Origin: a bacterium
GTDB lineage: Bacteria; Hydrothermota; Tepidihabitantia; Tepidihabitantales; Tepidihabitantaceae
Reading direction: 5' to 3'
Length of the DNA: 64,000 nt
Assembly (NCBI GenBank): GCA_035505375.1
Contig: DATJQV010000081.1
Coordinates: 30,596 to 94,595, forward strand
Position 1 is the first letter of the stretch; each line of letters begins with the position of its first letter. Both the position numbers and the translations under genes were made by a program. Shown here piece after piece: positions 1 through 8,421 of the stretch. The notes under the pieces are model-generated. The model saw nothing but the letters and a program-made list of their open reading frames with translations, had not been told where the DNA came from and made no database searches.

Positions 1-1445
1 TCTCGCTCATTGGTTGTCCTGATCTTCTCGATCCGCGCCCGCACCTGGGCCTGCGTCTTCTCATCCGGTATCTGCGCCATTTCCTTCTCAATCAGGGCAA
101 AGCCGTCCCGCTTCGTCTGCTCCGATGCGTAATCGGTCAGGTACTCGGCCAGCGTAGTCAAGGCATTGGGCGTGCAATAGCGCTTGATGAACCCGGGAAT
201 CGAGAACTCCATGAAGTGCTCGCCGGTCCGGCCCAGCCGGTAGCAGGACGTGCACCAACTCGGAATGTAACCGTCCCGGATGAGCTCTCCCACGACCGCG
301 TCGAGCGGCCGCGTGTCATGTAGCTCGAACTGCTCGCGGTTCAGTTCCTGACACTCGCCCTCCCGACATTCCTGGTAGGAACCGAGTTCGAGTCGGGAGC
401 CTGCGTCAATCTGCGAGACCCCGAGCTGCAGCCCTTCGCGCCGCATCTCCGGCGTCTCGCGGGCGGTGAGAATCATGCCGGTGTAGGGCACTGCCAGCCG
501 CAGCACCGCAATCACCTTCTTGAAGTCCTCGTCCGAGACAAAGTGCGACCGGTCCAGCTCCACGTTGGAGGCAATGTTGATGCGGGGAAAACTGATAGTA
601 TGAGGCCCGACTCCGAACCGCTCTTCGAGATGGATGGTGTGCGCCAGCAGCCCCATCACCTCGAACCGCCAGTCGTAGAGGCCGAAAAGGGCGCCGATGC
701 CCACGTCGTCCACGCCGCCTTTCATCGCGCGGTCGTGCGATGTCAGCCGCCACACGTAGTCGCCCTTGCGCGTGTTCGCCGGGTGCACTGTTCGATAGGT
801 CGGATGATGGTAAGTCTCCTGAAAGACCTGGTACGTGCCGATGCCGGCCGCCTTCATCGTCCGGTACCCCTCGACGTCGAGCGGTGCGGCGTTGATATTG
901 ACGCGCCGAATCTCGCCCTTGCCTACCTTGGTCGTGTAGGCAATCTTCACGATGCGCGCCATCTCCTCGGCCGAATAGTTCGGATGCTCGCCCCAGACGA
1001 GAATCAGCCGCTTGTGTCCTTGCCCTTCGAGCGCGACCAGTTCTGACCGGAGTTCATCGTCGGACAGAGTCTTTCGCACGACGTCGCGGTTGGAGCACTT
1101 GAACCCGCAATAGGCGCAATTGTTGATGCACTTGTCCCCGACGTAGAGCGGAGCGAACAGGACGATGCGGTTACCGTAGACGTCGTTCTTCAACTTCCGG
1201 GCAGCGGCGAACACCTCCTGCCACAGCGCCGGGTCTTTGATGACAAGCAACGCCGCCGTCTCCTCCGGCTCCAGCCGTTTCTTGGCAAGCGACTTTGCCA
1301 GCACCTCGCGCACTCTTCCCGGGTCCGGCCGCGCTGCCGCCAGCGTCTCCTCGATCCTGCCGTCGTCGATGAAGTCGTCCTGGCTCCTGAGTCCAGCCGG
1401 GTTTTGGCTCTTGGCTCTTGGCTTTTCGCCCTTGACTTCACTCAT
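1..1445 (-). CDS. hydG: [FeFe]-hydrogenase maturase HydG (radical SAM tyrosine lyase); last few C-terminal residues cut by the window edge
   Basis: Absent from the ORF track because it runs off the window. Manual reverse-strand translation from the ATG at 1445 stays open to position 1. It gives MSEVKGEK...LFAPLYVGDKCINNCAYCGF (Cx3Cx2C radical SAM motif, about 1105-1135). The C-terminal part reads ...IPSWCTSCYRLGRTGEHFMEF...RYCTPNAL (about 150-260), the HydG-type second cluster region. Confidence 0.85.
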   Translation of the reverse strand, partial: MSEVKGEKPRAKSQNPAGLRSQDDFIDDGRIEETLAAARPDPGRVREVLAKSLAKKRLEPEETAALLVIKDPALWQEVFAAARKLKNDVYGNRIVLFAPLYVGDKCINNCAYCGFKCSNRDVVRKTLSDDELRSELVALEGQGHKRLILVWGEHPNYSAEEMARIVKIAYTTKVGKGEIRRVNINAAPLDVEGYRTMKAAGIGTYQVFQETYHHPTYRTVHPANTRKGDYVWRLTSHDRAMKGGVDDVGIGALFGLYDWRFEVMGLLAHTIHLEERFGVGPHTISFPRINIASNVELDRSHFVSDEDFKKVIAVLRLAVPYTGMILTARETPEMRREGLQLGVSQIDAGSRLELGSYQECREGECQELNREQFELHDTRPLDAVVGELIRDGYIPSWCTSCYRLGRTGEHFMEFSIPGFIKRYCTPNALTTLAEYLTDYASEQTKRDGFALIEKEMAQIPDEKTQAQVRARIEKIRTTNER

Positions 1446-1831
1446 GTCTCGTCCTCGTTCTGCGCTCTAGCATCTAGCTTCTGGCTTCTCGCTTCGTTCG
1501 ACCTACCGTCCTCAATCTTGCAGCTTGCATCTTGCCCCTTGCACTCTGCATCTCCGTTCTTCTTGCGAAGCGCCGCCTTCACGCTCACGCCAGGTATCGC
1601 CCCCAGCCTCCCGGTCATCGCGCCAATCTCGTCGTTCGAGCCATCAACTATGACTGCGATGACAGACAGATTCCTCTCTCGATAGGGAATGCCCATCCGG
1701 CCGACGAGAATCCGACCGTACTCACTCAATATCTGGTTCACCTTGGGCGCGGTATCAAGCCGGTTCTCGACGAAGACGGCGACAACGCCAAGGCGGTGTT
1801 CATGGATAGCTTCAGACTCATTCATGATCAA
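1442..1831 (-). CDS. TM1266-like putative iron-only hydrogenase system regulator (ACT/NikR-C-like small protein) with a low-complexity C-terminal tail
   Basis: ORF track 129 aa. The core HRLGVVAVFVENRLDTAPKVNQILSEYGRILVGRMGIPYRERNLSVIAVIVDGSNDEIGAMTGRLGAIPGVSVKAA matches my recollection of the TM1266 family that neighbours hydG. Its stop TGA overlaps the hydG ATG (ATGA at 1442-1445). The last ~40 codons cross word repeats. Confidence 0.7.
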   Translation of the reverse strand: MIMNESEAIHEHRLGVVAVFVENRLDTAPKVNQILSEYGRILVGRMGIPYRERNLSVIAVIVDGSNDEIGAMTGRLGAIPGVSVKAALRKKNGDAECKGQDASCKIEDGRSNEARSQKLDARAQNEDET

Positions 1832-2127
1832 TTCTCCTAGAGTAGCTCTACGCTCTAGGCATGACGCTCCACGCCCGAAACCGAAAGCTCTGTCCGGCGT
1901 TATGCGTGATGCGTCTAGCTTAGCGCGGGCTTTTCAGATGAAGCGTTCCCTGTGGATTCAGGCGCTGCGCGCCCTCATCTCGGAAGTGGCTTCAGTTCTG
2001 ATTCCTCCGGGCCGGCAAAGCCTGCCCGTCAGACGTAGAAAGGATAATATGAAAAGCCCTATATGTCAAACGAGGCGAAAGAAACCAAGAGACAGAAGGA
2101 TCGAGGGATCGAGAGCCGGAAAGGCCA

Positions 2128-2435
2128 TCGGGGTCGCGACGAAAACCGCGGTCCGAACCGCTCTGCAAATCGCCGTCAGAATCGCCGCGGCAGTCGCGGC
2201 GAGACTCAAACGGCGAATCACCGTGCACTCCGCCACGGAAACCGGGCCGAGAGTCGACTTCCGAGTGCCCTTGCGAGTCGCCATGGAAACCGCCTCCCGA
2301 ACCGCTCCGGGAACGGTTCCCAAGGCGATTCCCGACATGACCTTTTCAGCCGATACCGCGGCTTAACGCATAGTAGATTAACAACTTAGCTACAAATGAG
2401 CGGAAAATGGGTAGCGTCCCTATTTAGAGGACCGA
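2128..2435 (+). repeat. 12-nt phased degenerate array A (19 units, 2133-2360) plus AT-richer flank (2367-2435); inverted homolog of 51636-51995
   Basis: Units in exact register from 2133: gtcgcgacgaaa accgcggtccga accgctctgcaa atcgccgtcaga atcgccgcggca ... Consensus is RYCGCC-NNNN-GA. It is coextensive with a possible ORF 2049-2366 (ATG preceded by AAAGGA) of period-4 sequence x-Ala-x-x. All six frames are largely open here, so coding is unproven. Confidence 0.8.
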
Positions 2436-2443
2436 TTCCGTGG

Positions 2444-2836
2444 TTACGCGGCGGGGTCAGGCTTCGCAGCCGAAGTCTGGAAGGCCACGATGTCGCCGAG
2501 TTGAGTTCTGGTTGACGCGATGACACCGACCGGCAACTCAATCGTCTTTGTCCCGCGCCAGGACCCGGCCATGCCCCACGGCTTCAGGTTGCGACGGAGG
2601 CCGACGACACGATTCTTCTTGTCGAGGAAGACGACGTCTATCGGGAAACGCATGAACCACATATGGATCGACGAGCACGGGTCGATGAGCAAACCAGTAT
2701 CGGGCTTCAATCCGCTGCGTCCGAGCAGGCCCTTGCTGCGTGCCGCGAATGAATTGGCGACCTCCAATTCGGAGGCGATGGCAACACCCTTGGTGACGTT
2801 GATGGCGGCCGTGTTGGGCTTCTGAGGTGCTACCAC
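2444..2836 (-). CDS. DUF192 domain protein
   Basis: ORF track 130 aa. ...ANSFAARSKGLLGRSGLKPDTGLLIDPCSSIHMWFMRFPIDVVFLDKKNRVV fits the DUF192 (COG1430) pattern. Confidence 0.7.
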   Translation of the reverse strand: MVAPQKPNTAAINVTKGVAIASELEVANSFAARSKGLLGRSGLKPDTGLLIDPCSSIHMWFMRFPIDVVFLDKKNRVVGLRRNLKPWGMAGSWRGTKTIELPVGVIASTRTQLGDIVAFQTSAAKPDPAA

Positions 2837-2891
2837 AGGTTAGTCAGGATAGCCGCGACACCGGCCGTGTCAAAAGAGAAAGACGGATAGT

Positions 2892-2917
2892 CCAGAATTC
2901 AGAGACCAGAATCCAGA
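2892..2917 (+). repeat. Dispersed word-repeat family F1 (CCAGAATTCAGARACCAGAAWC), copy 1
   Basis: ccagaattcagagaccagaatccaga. Related copies are at 27251, 28098(-), 29060(-) and 31992(-). Confidence 0.7.
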
Positions 2918-3027
2918 TAGCAGGCAATCAGCAGATTCTGCAGACTCCACAGATTCTGTTCTCTCGACAGGGGAAATTGGGCCATCTGCGTAATCTGCGC
3001 AATCTGCGGATACTTGTTGCCCTGGCG

Positions 3028-5712
3028 TCAATCGAGTTTGACGAGTTTCTTGATGGCCCGGAACTCGCCCGCGGCCATGCGGCAGTAGTAGACACCGCGC
3101 GGTACAGCCACACCCCGGTCGTCGCGGCCATCCCACACCAGGGAATAGGTGCGAGGGACGAGGGACTTGGGTGCGGAGAGGACCCGGACCAGAGCGCCGG
3201 TGGCGGAATAGATGTTGATGCTGGTCTGGGTCGTGCGGGGAATGCTGAAGCGGATAGTCGTCTTGCCGGAGAACGGTGTGGGCTGCGCACGGTCGAGCGC
3301 GAATACTCGCGGCAGCGTACCGCGGTCTTCGATGCCGGGCGGCGTTCGTACTACGACTTTCACCGCCACCGTGTCGTTCGCCGGGAACTGGTCGCCAGTG
3401 AGCTTTGTGAAGCAGCTCAGGTCGAAGGTGTCAATCGTGTCCGCAGTCCAGGTGCCGGTGAACTTGACCGTATCGAGCGCCCCGGCCGCAAGTGTGACCT
3501 GGGCCGAATCGGCGTAGGTCGTCCCGATCTTCATCCTGACGGGGAAGGTCTCCTGGTAGGTGCCGAAGTTGCGGACTACGGCAGTCGGTGTCACGACCGT
3601 GCCTGAATCAACTGTATCGGCAGGCGCGACGACCTTCGTCACTCCGACATCGTGGACGTTGCCCACCGTCACCGCGCCGGTGATGACGACCGCGTACGGC
3701 TGACGTCGCGTCACTACGTTCTGCGCTGCTACGCGCAGCGTCCAAAGACCGGCGGCCGGTTGGTTCACGCGGAACATCTCCTCCGGGTCGAGGTTGTTGT
3801 ACGCACCCGATGGGTTCAGAGTTGACTGGCCGTTGGTATAAAGGTCTCCTTTGTAGAAGCCGGCATTGGGCGCGGTCAGCAGGCAATCGAGGTTGTTGAT
3901 AAGCGCCGGGTTCGCGCCGGCCGCGGCCGCGGTGTCGGTCCAGACCACGCCAACGCGCAGCGGCATGGTCGAATCCACGTGGAAGTCGAAATCCCGATAG
4001 TCGCCCGTCGCAAGCCCGGTCGTATCATCGTAGGCAAGCAGCTTGCGCGTGTCGCCGGTGAAGTACAGCACCGAGTCGAGGTCAATCCGGCCCCAGCCGA
4101 TGTACACACTCGGTACTACGTAGCTCTCTACGTCAGGGTCGGCTGATACGAATATCATCGCCTTGAGCATCGCGCTTGAAACATAGCCCCAGGTGTCGGC
4201 CGGTGTCGCGGTGCCGGACGGGTAGTAGCCCTTGCGCAGGTACGAACGGCACAATCCAATGCAGCCATTCACGCAGGGCGAGGCCATCGAGGTGCCGCTC
4301 ATTTGGGCGTAGCCGCTCTCGGAATTCGCAAAGGCTGAGTAGATGTTCTCGCCGGGCACCGAGATATCCGGCTTGATGCGGCCGTCCGGCGCCGGGCCGT
4401 CCGACGAGTAGCTGGACAGCAGGTTTGCGTTTGTCCCGTTCTGCACCGACGTGGCCGCGATGATGGATTTGGCATTACCGGGCTCGGTAATCGTGTACCG
4501 CTGAGTGTGGTACTGATTGCCGGCCGACTTGATAGTTTGGATGTCCCGGTTCTCCCACGAGAACATGTCGAACGTCGCTGAGGCGGTGGTGTATTGTCCC
4601 AGGTCCCCGGTCCACCACGAATTGCCAATGGTGTGCGGACGTAGTTCCGGGTGGCGCAGGTCGTTCGTGATCTCGTTGAGCGGCACTGTGAAATCGTTAC
4701 CGGGAGGCGACGGGATGGGGCTCAGGACGACGATGCGCGCATCCTTGGCGTGCCCATCATATCGGCCAGAGCCGCCATTGGCGGAGTCATTTCCTGCCAT
4801 GGTTCCAGCGACATGCGTGCCGTGGACTGCTGTGTCCCAGACGAAGCTCGTGTCCGCCGGATAGAGTTTGACCGCTACGACCTTGCGGTGGGTCGGGAAC
4901 TCGCCAGTATCGGTGATCGGAACCGACGCGTCGTAGAAGGCCCAGTGGTTCACGTTGAGGCCCTCGTCACTGTAGCCGAGAATCTCGCCGGCTCCACGGA
5001 CGCCATTGTCCCAGACCTTGCGCACGTTCTTGGTCCAGTCTTGCACAACCCACTGGCACGAGTCGTTCTCCGCCTCGGGCCGGTGCCATTCCTCTATCGA
5101 GAACACCCAAGGCAGGCGAGCGATGGCGGCGAGTTGCTCCCGCGAGCAGTCGACCTCGACCACTTTCATGTTCTTCGAGACGCCTGAGCGCACGAACTTG
5201 AGTCCGAGCGCGGCAAGGTCGCGCTTCGCCGCCTCGATGTCCTCGGGGTAGAACAACACGACGGAGACCCGGCCAAAGCCGGTACTGGCAAGCGTGCGCG
5301 ACCAGAGTTTGTACCCGGGCTGGTACACTCCGACCCAGCGCACGAACGGCAGTGCCGCCACTTTCCCGGCGACGGCGCGGTTCATCTTCACGAATGAGAG
5401 GTAGCGTGAGTGGAAGCCCAGGAACTTGCCGCCGGCGCGTTGCAGTTGGTCTATCTGCATACTGTATACCGGACCTCCAAACTGAACGAGATAGTAGCCG
5501 GTTCCGTCTCCCGGGTACTCGCTCATCTGAAGCGCCGGGGGCAACTCGGGCTGCTCGGTCAGGGGGTCGAACTTGCGGCTGTCCCAGAACCCGACCTTGA
5601 AATCACCCGGGTTGGCCTGCGGCGAGAAGCTGCCGCGGCCCGCGGGGCGGAAAGGGTTTGCCGCGAATGTCGTAGCTGCCAAGATGAGCACTGCGGCCAT
5701 GGTCTTCCTCAT
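3028..5712 (-). CDS. Secreted subtilisin-like S8 peptidase with CARDB-like domain and T9SS/FlgD-like C-terminal sorting domain
   Basis: 894 aa. Signal peptide MRKTMAAVLILAATTFA. Catalytic His HGTHVAGTMAG and Ser SGTSMASPCVNG. C-terminus ...INIYSATGALVRVLS...YSLVWDGRDDRGVAVPRGVYYCRMAAGEFRAIKKLVKLD. Confidence 0.9.
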   Translation of the reverse strand: MRKTMAAVLILAATTFAANPFRPAGRGSFSPQANPGDFKVGFWDSRKFDPLTEQPELPPALQMSEYPGDGTGYYLVQFGGPVYSMQIDQLQRAGGKFLGFHSRYLSFVKMNRAVAGKVAALPFVRWVGVYQPGYKLWSRTLASTGFGRVSVVLFYPEDIEAAKRDLAALGLKFVRSGVSKNMKVVEVDCSREQLAAIARLPWVFSIEEWHRPEAENDSCQWVVQDWTKNVRKVWDNGVRGAGEILGYSDEGLNVNHWAFYDASVPITDTGEFPTHRKVVAVKLYPADTSFVWDTAVHGTHVAGTMAGNDSANGGSGRYDGHAKDARIVVLSPIPSPPGNDFTVPLNEITNDLRHPELRPHTIGNSWWTGDLGQYTTASATFDMFSWENRDIQTIKSAGNQYHTQRYTITEPGNAKSIIAATSVQNGTNANLLSSYSSDGPAPDGRIKPDISVPGENIYSAFANSESGYAQMSGTSMASPCVNGCIGLCRSYLRKGYYPSGTATPADTWGYVSSAMLKAMIFVSADPDVESYVVPSVYIGWGRIDLDSVLYFTGDTRKLLAYDDTTGLATGDYRDFDFHVDSTMPLRVGVVWTDTAAAAGANPALINNLDCLLTAPNAGFYKGDLYTNGQSTLNPSGAYNNLDPEEMFRVNQPAAGLWTLRVAAQNVVTRRQPYAVVITGAVTVGNVHDVGVTKVVAPADTVDSGTVVTPTAVVRNFGTYQETFPVRMKIGTTYADSAQVTLAAGALDTVKFTGTWTADTIDTFDLSCFTKLTGDQFPANDTVAVKVVVRTPPGIEDRGTLPRVFALDRAQPTPFSGKTTIRFSIPRTTQTSINIYSATGALVRVLSAPKSLVPRTYSLVWDGRDDRGVAVPRGVYYCRMAAGEFRAIKKLVKLD

Positions 5713-5800
5713 TACCTATGAAGTGTACATCACCTAATTCCAATGGCAACAGCGTCCGGGGCTTATTGACTCTGACCGCGATGTCGTCATACTGACGGAC

Positions 5801-8410
5801 GTGGAAACGCTCACAAGCGTCGTCCTGCTTCGGCAAGTGCCGCCTGAGGCAGGCGCGTCGGTTGGCGCCAAGGCATTGAACCTGGCCGCGCTGATGCGGG
5901 CCGGCCTGCCGGTGCCGGACGGATTCTGCGTCACGACCGAGGCGTATCGCGCGCATCTCTCTCAACTGCCGCTCGGAGAAATGCGACGTGAACGCCTGGC
6001 CGAAATCCGGGAACTCATCACCACTGCCGAGTTGACCAAAGACGCCGCCGCCGAGATTCGCGCTGCGTTTGCCGGACTGCACACGCCGCAGGTCGCGGTC
6101 CGTTCTTCCGGGACCGCCGAGGACCTTCCCGGCCATTCGTTCGCCGGGCTCTACGACACCTACCTGCGCTCGACCGACGCTGACGGCTGCGTCGAGCTTG
6201 TCAAGCGGTGCTGGGCCTCGCTCTGGACGGAACGGGCATTCGACTATCGCGCCGAGAACGGATTCGACCACGGCAAGACGGCCATGGCTGTCCTGGTGCA
6301 GAAACTTGTAGCGGCGGACGCGGCCGGGGTCATCTTCACCGCAGACCCGGTCACCGGCAACCCCAAACACATCACTGTTGAGTCCTGTTGGGGACTCGGC
6401 GAGACGCTCGTGTCCGGCAAGGTAACGCCTGACCGGTTCGTGATAACGCGTGACGCGGAGCAGGTCGTGGACCGCTCCATCTCGACCAAGTCCATCGAGA
6501 CCGTCCTGTCCCCGACCGGGACCAGCGCCGAGCAGCCCGTGCCGCCGGGCCGGTCCGATAAGCCGTCAATCTCCGACGAAGCCGCTGGGCAGATTGCCCG
6601 CCTCGCGCTCAAGGTCGAACGCTTGTTCGGGACGCCGCAGGACATCGAATGGGCGCTGGCCGGTTCCAACCTGTTCATCCTCCAGTCGAGACCGATAACA
6701 ACTATCGCCCCGGCCAAGTCATGGGAGGACCGCCAGGTCTGGTCCAATTCCAACACCGCCGAAGTCCTGCCCGGTGTGCTCACGCCGCTCGTCTGGTCCA
6801 CGGTTGGCGAGCACGTCGGCAAGCTGCTCGGAAGCGTCATCGGACGCCTTGGCATCTCGTTCGGCGAGAACCCGTTCATCGGCGAGGTCGCGGGCCGCGC
6901 CTACACGAACCTCAACACCTTCATGGGGATGGTGCGCCGGATGCCGTTTGCGAACCGGATGAACCAGGCCCAGATGTTCGGCGGCCAGGACCTGAAGCCC
7001 GAAGACCGGGCCAAGCTCGAAATCGGAGCCGGCGACATGCCTGATATCAAGGTCAGCCCGCTCAAGACCCTGCTCAAGCTCCCGGGGTTCATGCTCTGGA
7101 TGTCGCGACACGGACCGGGCCGCGGCAGGAAGTGGGTCAGCGCGGCGGTTGAGGCCTATGAGAAGAAGCCCCGGCCGGACGTGACCCGATTCTCGGACAA
7201 GGAACTGTCGGCGAAGGCCGTGACCACGCTTGCGCAACTCGGGGCCGGCGGTGAGGCACTGGGCTACGCGCTCGGCGGGATGATGTTCACGTCGGTGCTG
7301 TACGACCTGTGCCGCAGGTGGTTCAAGGATGAGACCGGCGTGAACGCAAGCCGCCTGCTGGCTGGGACCGGCGAACTCCAGAGCGCGAACGCCGGCATCG
7401 AACTCTGGCGGCTCGCTCGCACGGCGGCCATGTCCCCCGACGTGAAGTCCGCCATCCTTTCCCAGATGACGTGGTCCGAACTGCGTGGACAACTGGAAGA
7501 GACGACAGCAGGACGCGACTTCCTCGCAAGCTGGGACCGATTCATGCACCGTCACGGACACCACGCGCGCGGCGAAATGGACATGTACAACCCGCGCTGG
7601 CGCGAACAGCCAGACTACGTGCTCGACGTGGTCCGCAACTACATCAGGGGCGAAGGCAAGACCGACCCGGAAGCCGACCAGCGGCGACACGCGGAAGAAC
7701 GCGACCGCCTGCGGGCGAAGCTGCTCGCCATCACGAGTAACCCGGTCAAGCGCTGGGTATTCAGCTACGTCGTGCGCAAGGCCCAGCTCTCTGCCGCCAT
7801 CCGCGAAAACGTGAAGGACGCGGGCATACGCGTCTTCGCCGACACACGGGAGCTTGTGGTCGAACTCGGGCGCAGACTGACTGCGCATGGAGTCCTGGCC
7901 GAAGCCGACGACATCTTCTTCCTTCGGTTCGAGGAAATCGAGCCGGTCGTTTCCGGCAAGGCCGGGTTTGACGTCCGGGGCAGGGTTACCGAACGCCGGG
8001 CCGAGTACAAATGGAACCTTGCGCTGACACCGCCGGCGATCATCGTCGGCCGCTACGACCCAGACAAGCACAAGCCGGACACCGTCGATGCATCAGCGGA
8101 ACTCAAGGGGCTAGCGGTCAGCCCCGGAATCGTGACCGGTCCGGCCCGCGTGGTGCTGCTCGCCGGTACCGAGCAGGTTCTGCCCGGCGAAATCCTCGTC
8201 GCGCCCTTCACCGACCCGGGCTGGACGCCCTACTTCATACCCGCGGCCGGAATCGTCATGGACCAGGGCGGGCTGCTCAGCCACGGCAGCATCGTGGCGC
8301 GTGAGTACGGAATCCCGGCGGTGGTGAACGTCGGCCCGGCCACCAAGCTAATCAAGACCGGGCAGATGATTCAGGTGGACGGCGATAACGGCCGAGTGCG
8401 AATCCTGTAG
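5801..8410 (+). CDS. PEP-utilising enzyme with rifampin-phosphotransferase-like architecture (N-terminal ATP-grasp, long middle region, C-terminal phosphohistidine swivel domain)
   Basis: 869 aa. N-terminus ...ASVGAKALNLAALMRAGLPVPDGFCVTTEAY...RSSGTAEDLPGHSFAGLYDTYL. C-terminus ...GEILVAPFTDPGWTPYFIPAAGIVMDQGGLLSHGSIVAREYGIPAVVNV. No PEP/pyruvate TIM-barrel segment follows. Confidence 0.8.
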   Translation: METLTSVVLLRQVPPEAGASVGAKALNLAALMRAGLPVPDGFCVTTEAYRAHLSQLPLGEMRRERLAEIRELITTAELTKDAAAEIRAAFAGLHTPQVAVRSSGTAEDLPGHSFAGLYDTYLRSTDADGCVELVKRCWASLWTERAFDYRAENGFDHGKTAMAVLVQKLVAADAAGVIFTADPVTGNPKHITVESCWGLGETLVSGKVTPDRFVITRDAEQVVDRSISTKSIETVLSPTGTSAEQPVPPGRSDKPSISDEAAGQIARLALKVERLFGTPQDIEWALAGSNLFILQSRPITTIAPAKSWEDRQVWSNSNTAEVLPGVLTPLVWSTVGEHVGKLLGSVIGRLGISFGENPFIGEVAGRAYTNLNTFMGMVRRMPFANRMNQAQMFGGQDLKPEDRAKLEIGAGDMPDIKVSPLKTLLKLPGFMLWMSRHGPGRGRKWVSAAVEAYEKKPRPDVTRFSDKELSAKAVTTLAQLGAGGEALGYALGGMMFTSVLYDLCRRWFKDETGVNASRLLAGTGELQSANAGIELWRLARTAAMSPDVKSAILSQMTWSELRGQLEETTAGRDFLASWDRFMHRHGHHARGEMDMYNPRWREQPDYVLDVVRNYIRGEGKTDPEADQRRHAEERDRLRAKLLAITSNPVKRWVFSYVVRKAQLSAAIRENVKDAGIRVFADTRELVVELGRRLTAHGVLAEADDIFFLRFEEIEPVVSGKAGFDVRGRVTERRAEYKWNLALTPPAIIVGRYDPDKHKPDTVDASAELKGLAVSPGIVTGPARVVLLAGTEQVLPGEILVAPFTDPGWTPYFIPAAGIVMDQGGLLSHGSIVAREYGIPAVVNVGPATKLIKTGQMIQVDGDNGRVRIL

Positions 8411-8421
8411 TAGCCGGGCTT

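Noticed and set aside
1689-2048. The 5' two-thirds of track ORF 1689..2366(+).
   Set aside because: It is antisense to the well-supported TM1266-like gene and the intergenic region. Only the 3' part (2049-2366), coincident with array A, is worth considering.
6719-8071. 450-aa antisense ORF inside the PEP-utilising enzyme gene. Similar long antisense or off-frame ORFs are at 29310-30416, 38359-39468, 46041-46991, 17271-18089, 52224-53144 and 43549-44361.
   Set aside because: They have Arg/Gly/Pro-rich low-information translations and lie fully inside genes with clear family motifs on the other frame or strand. Long spurious open frames are expected in GC-rich DNA.
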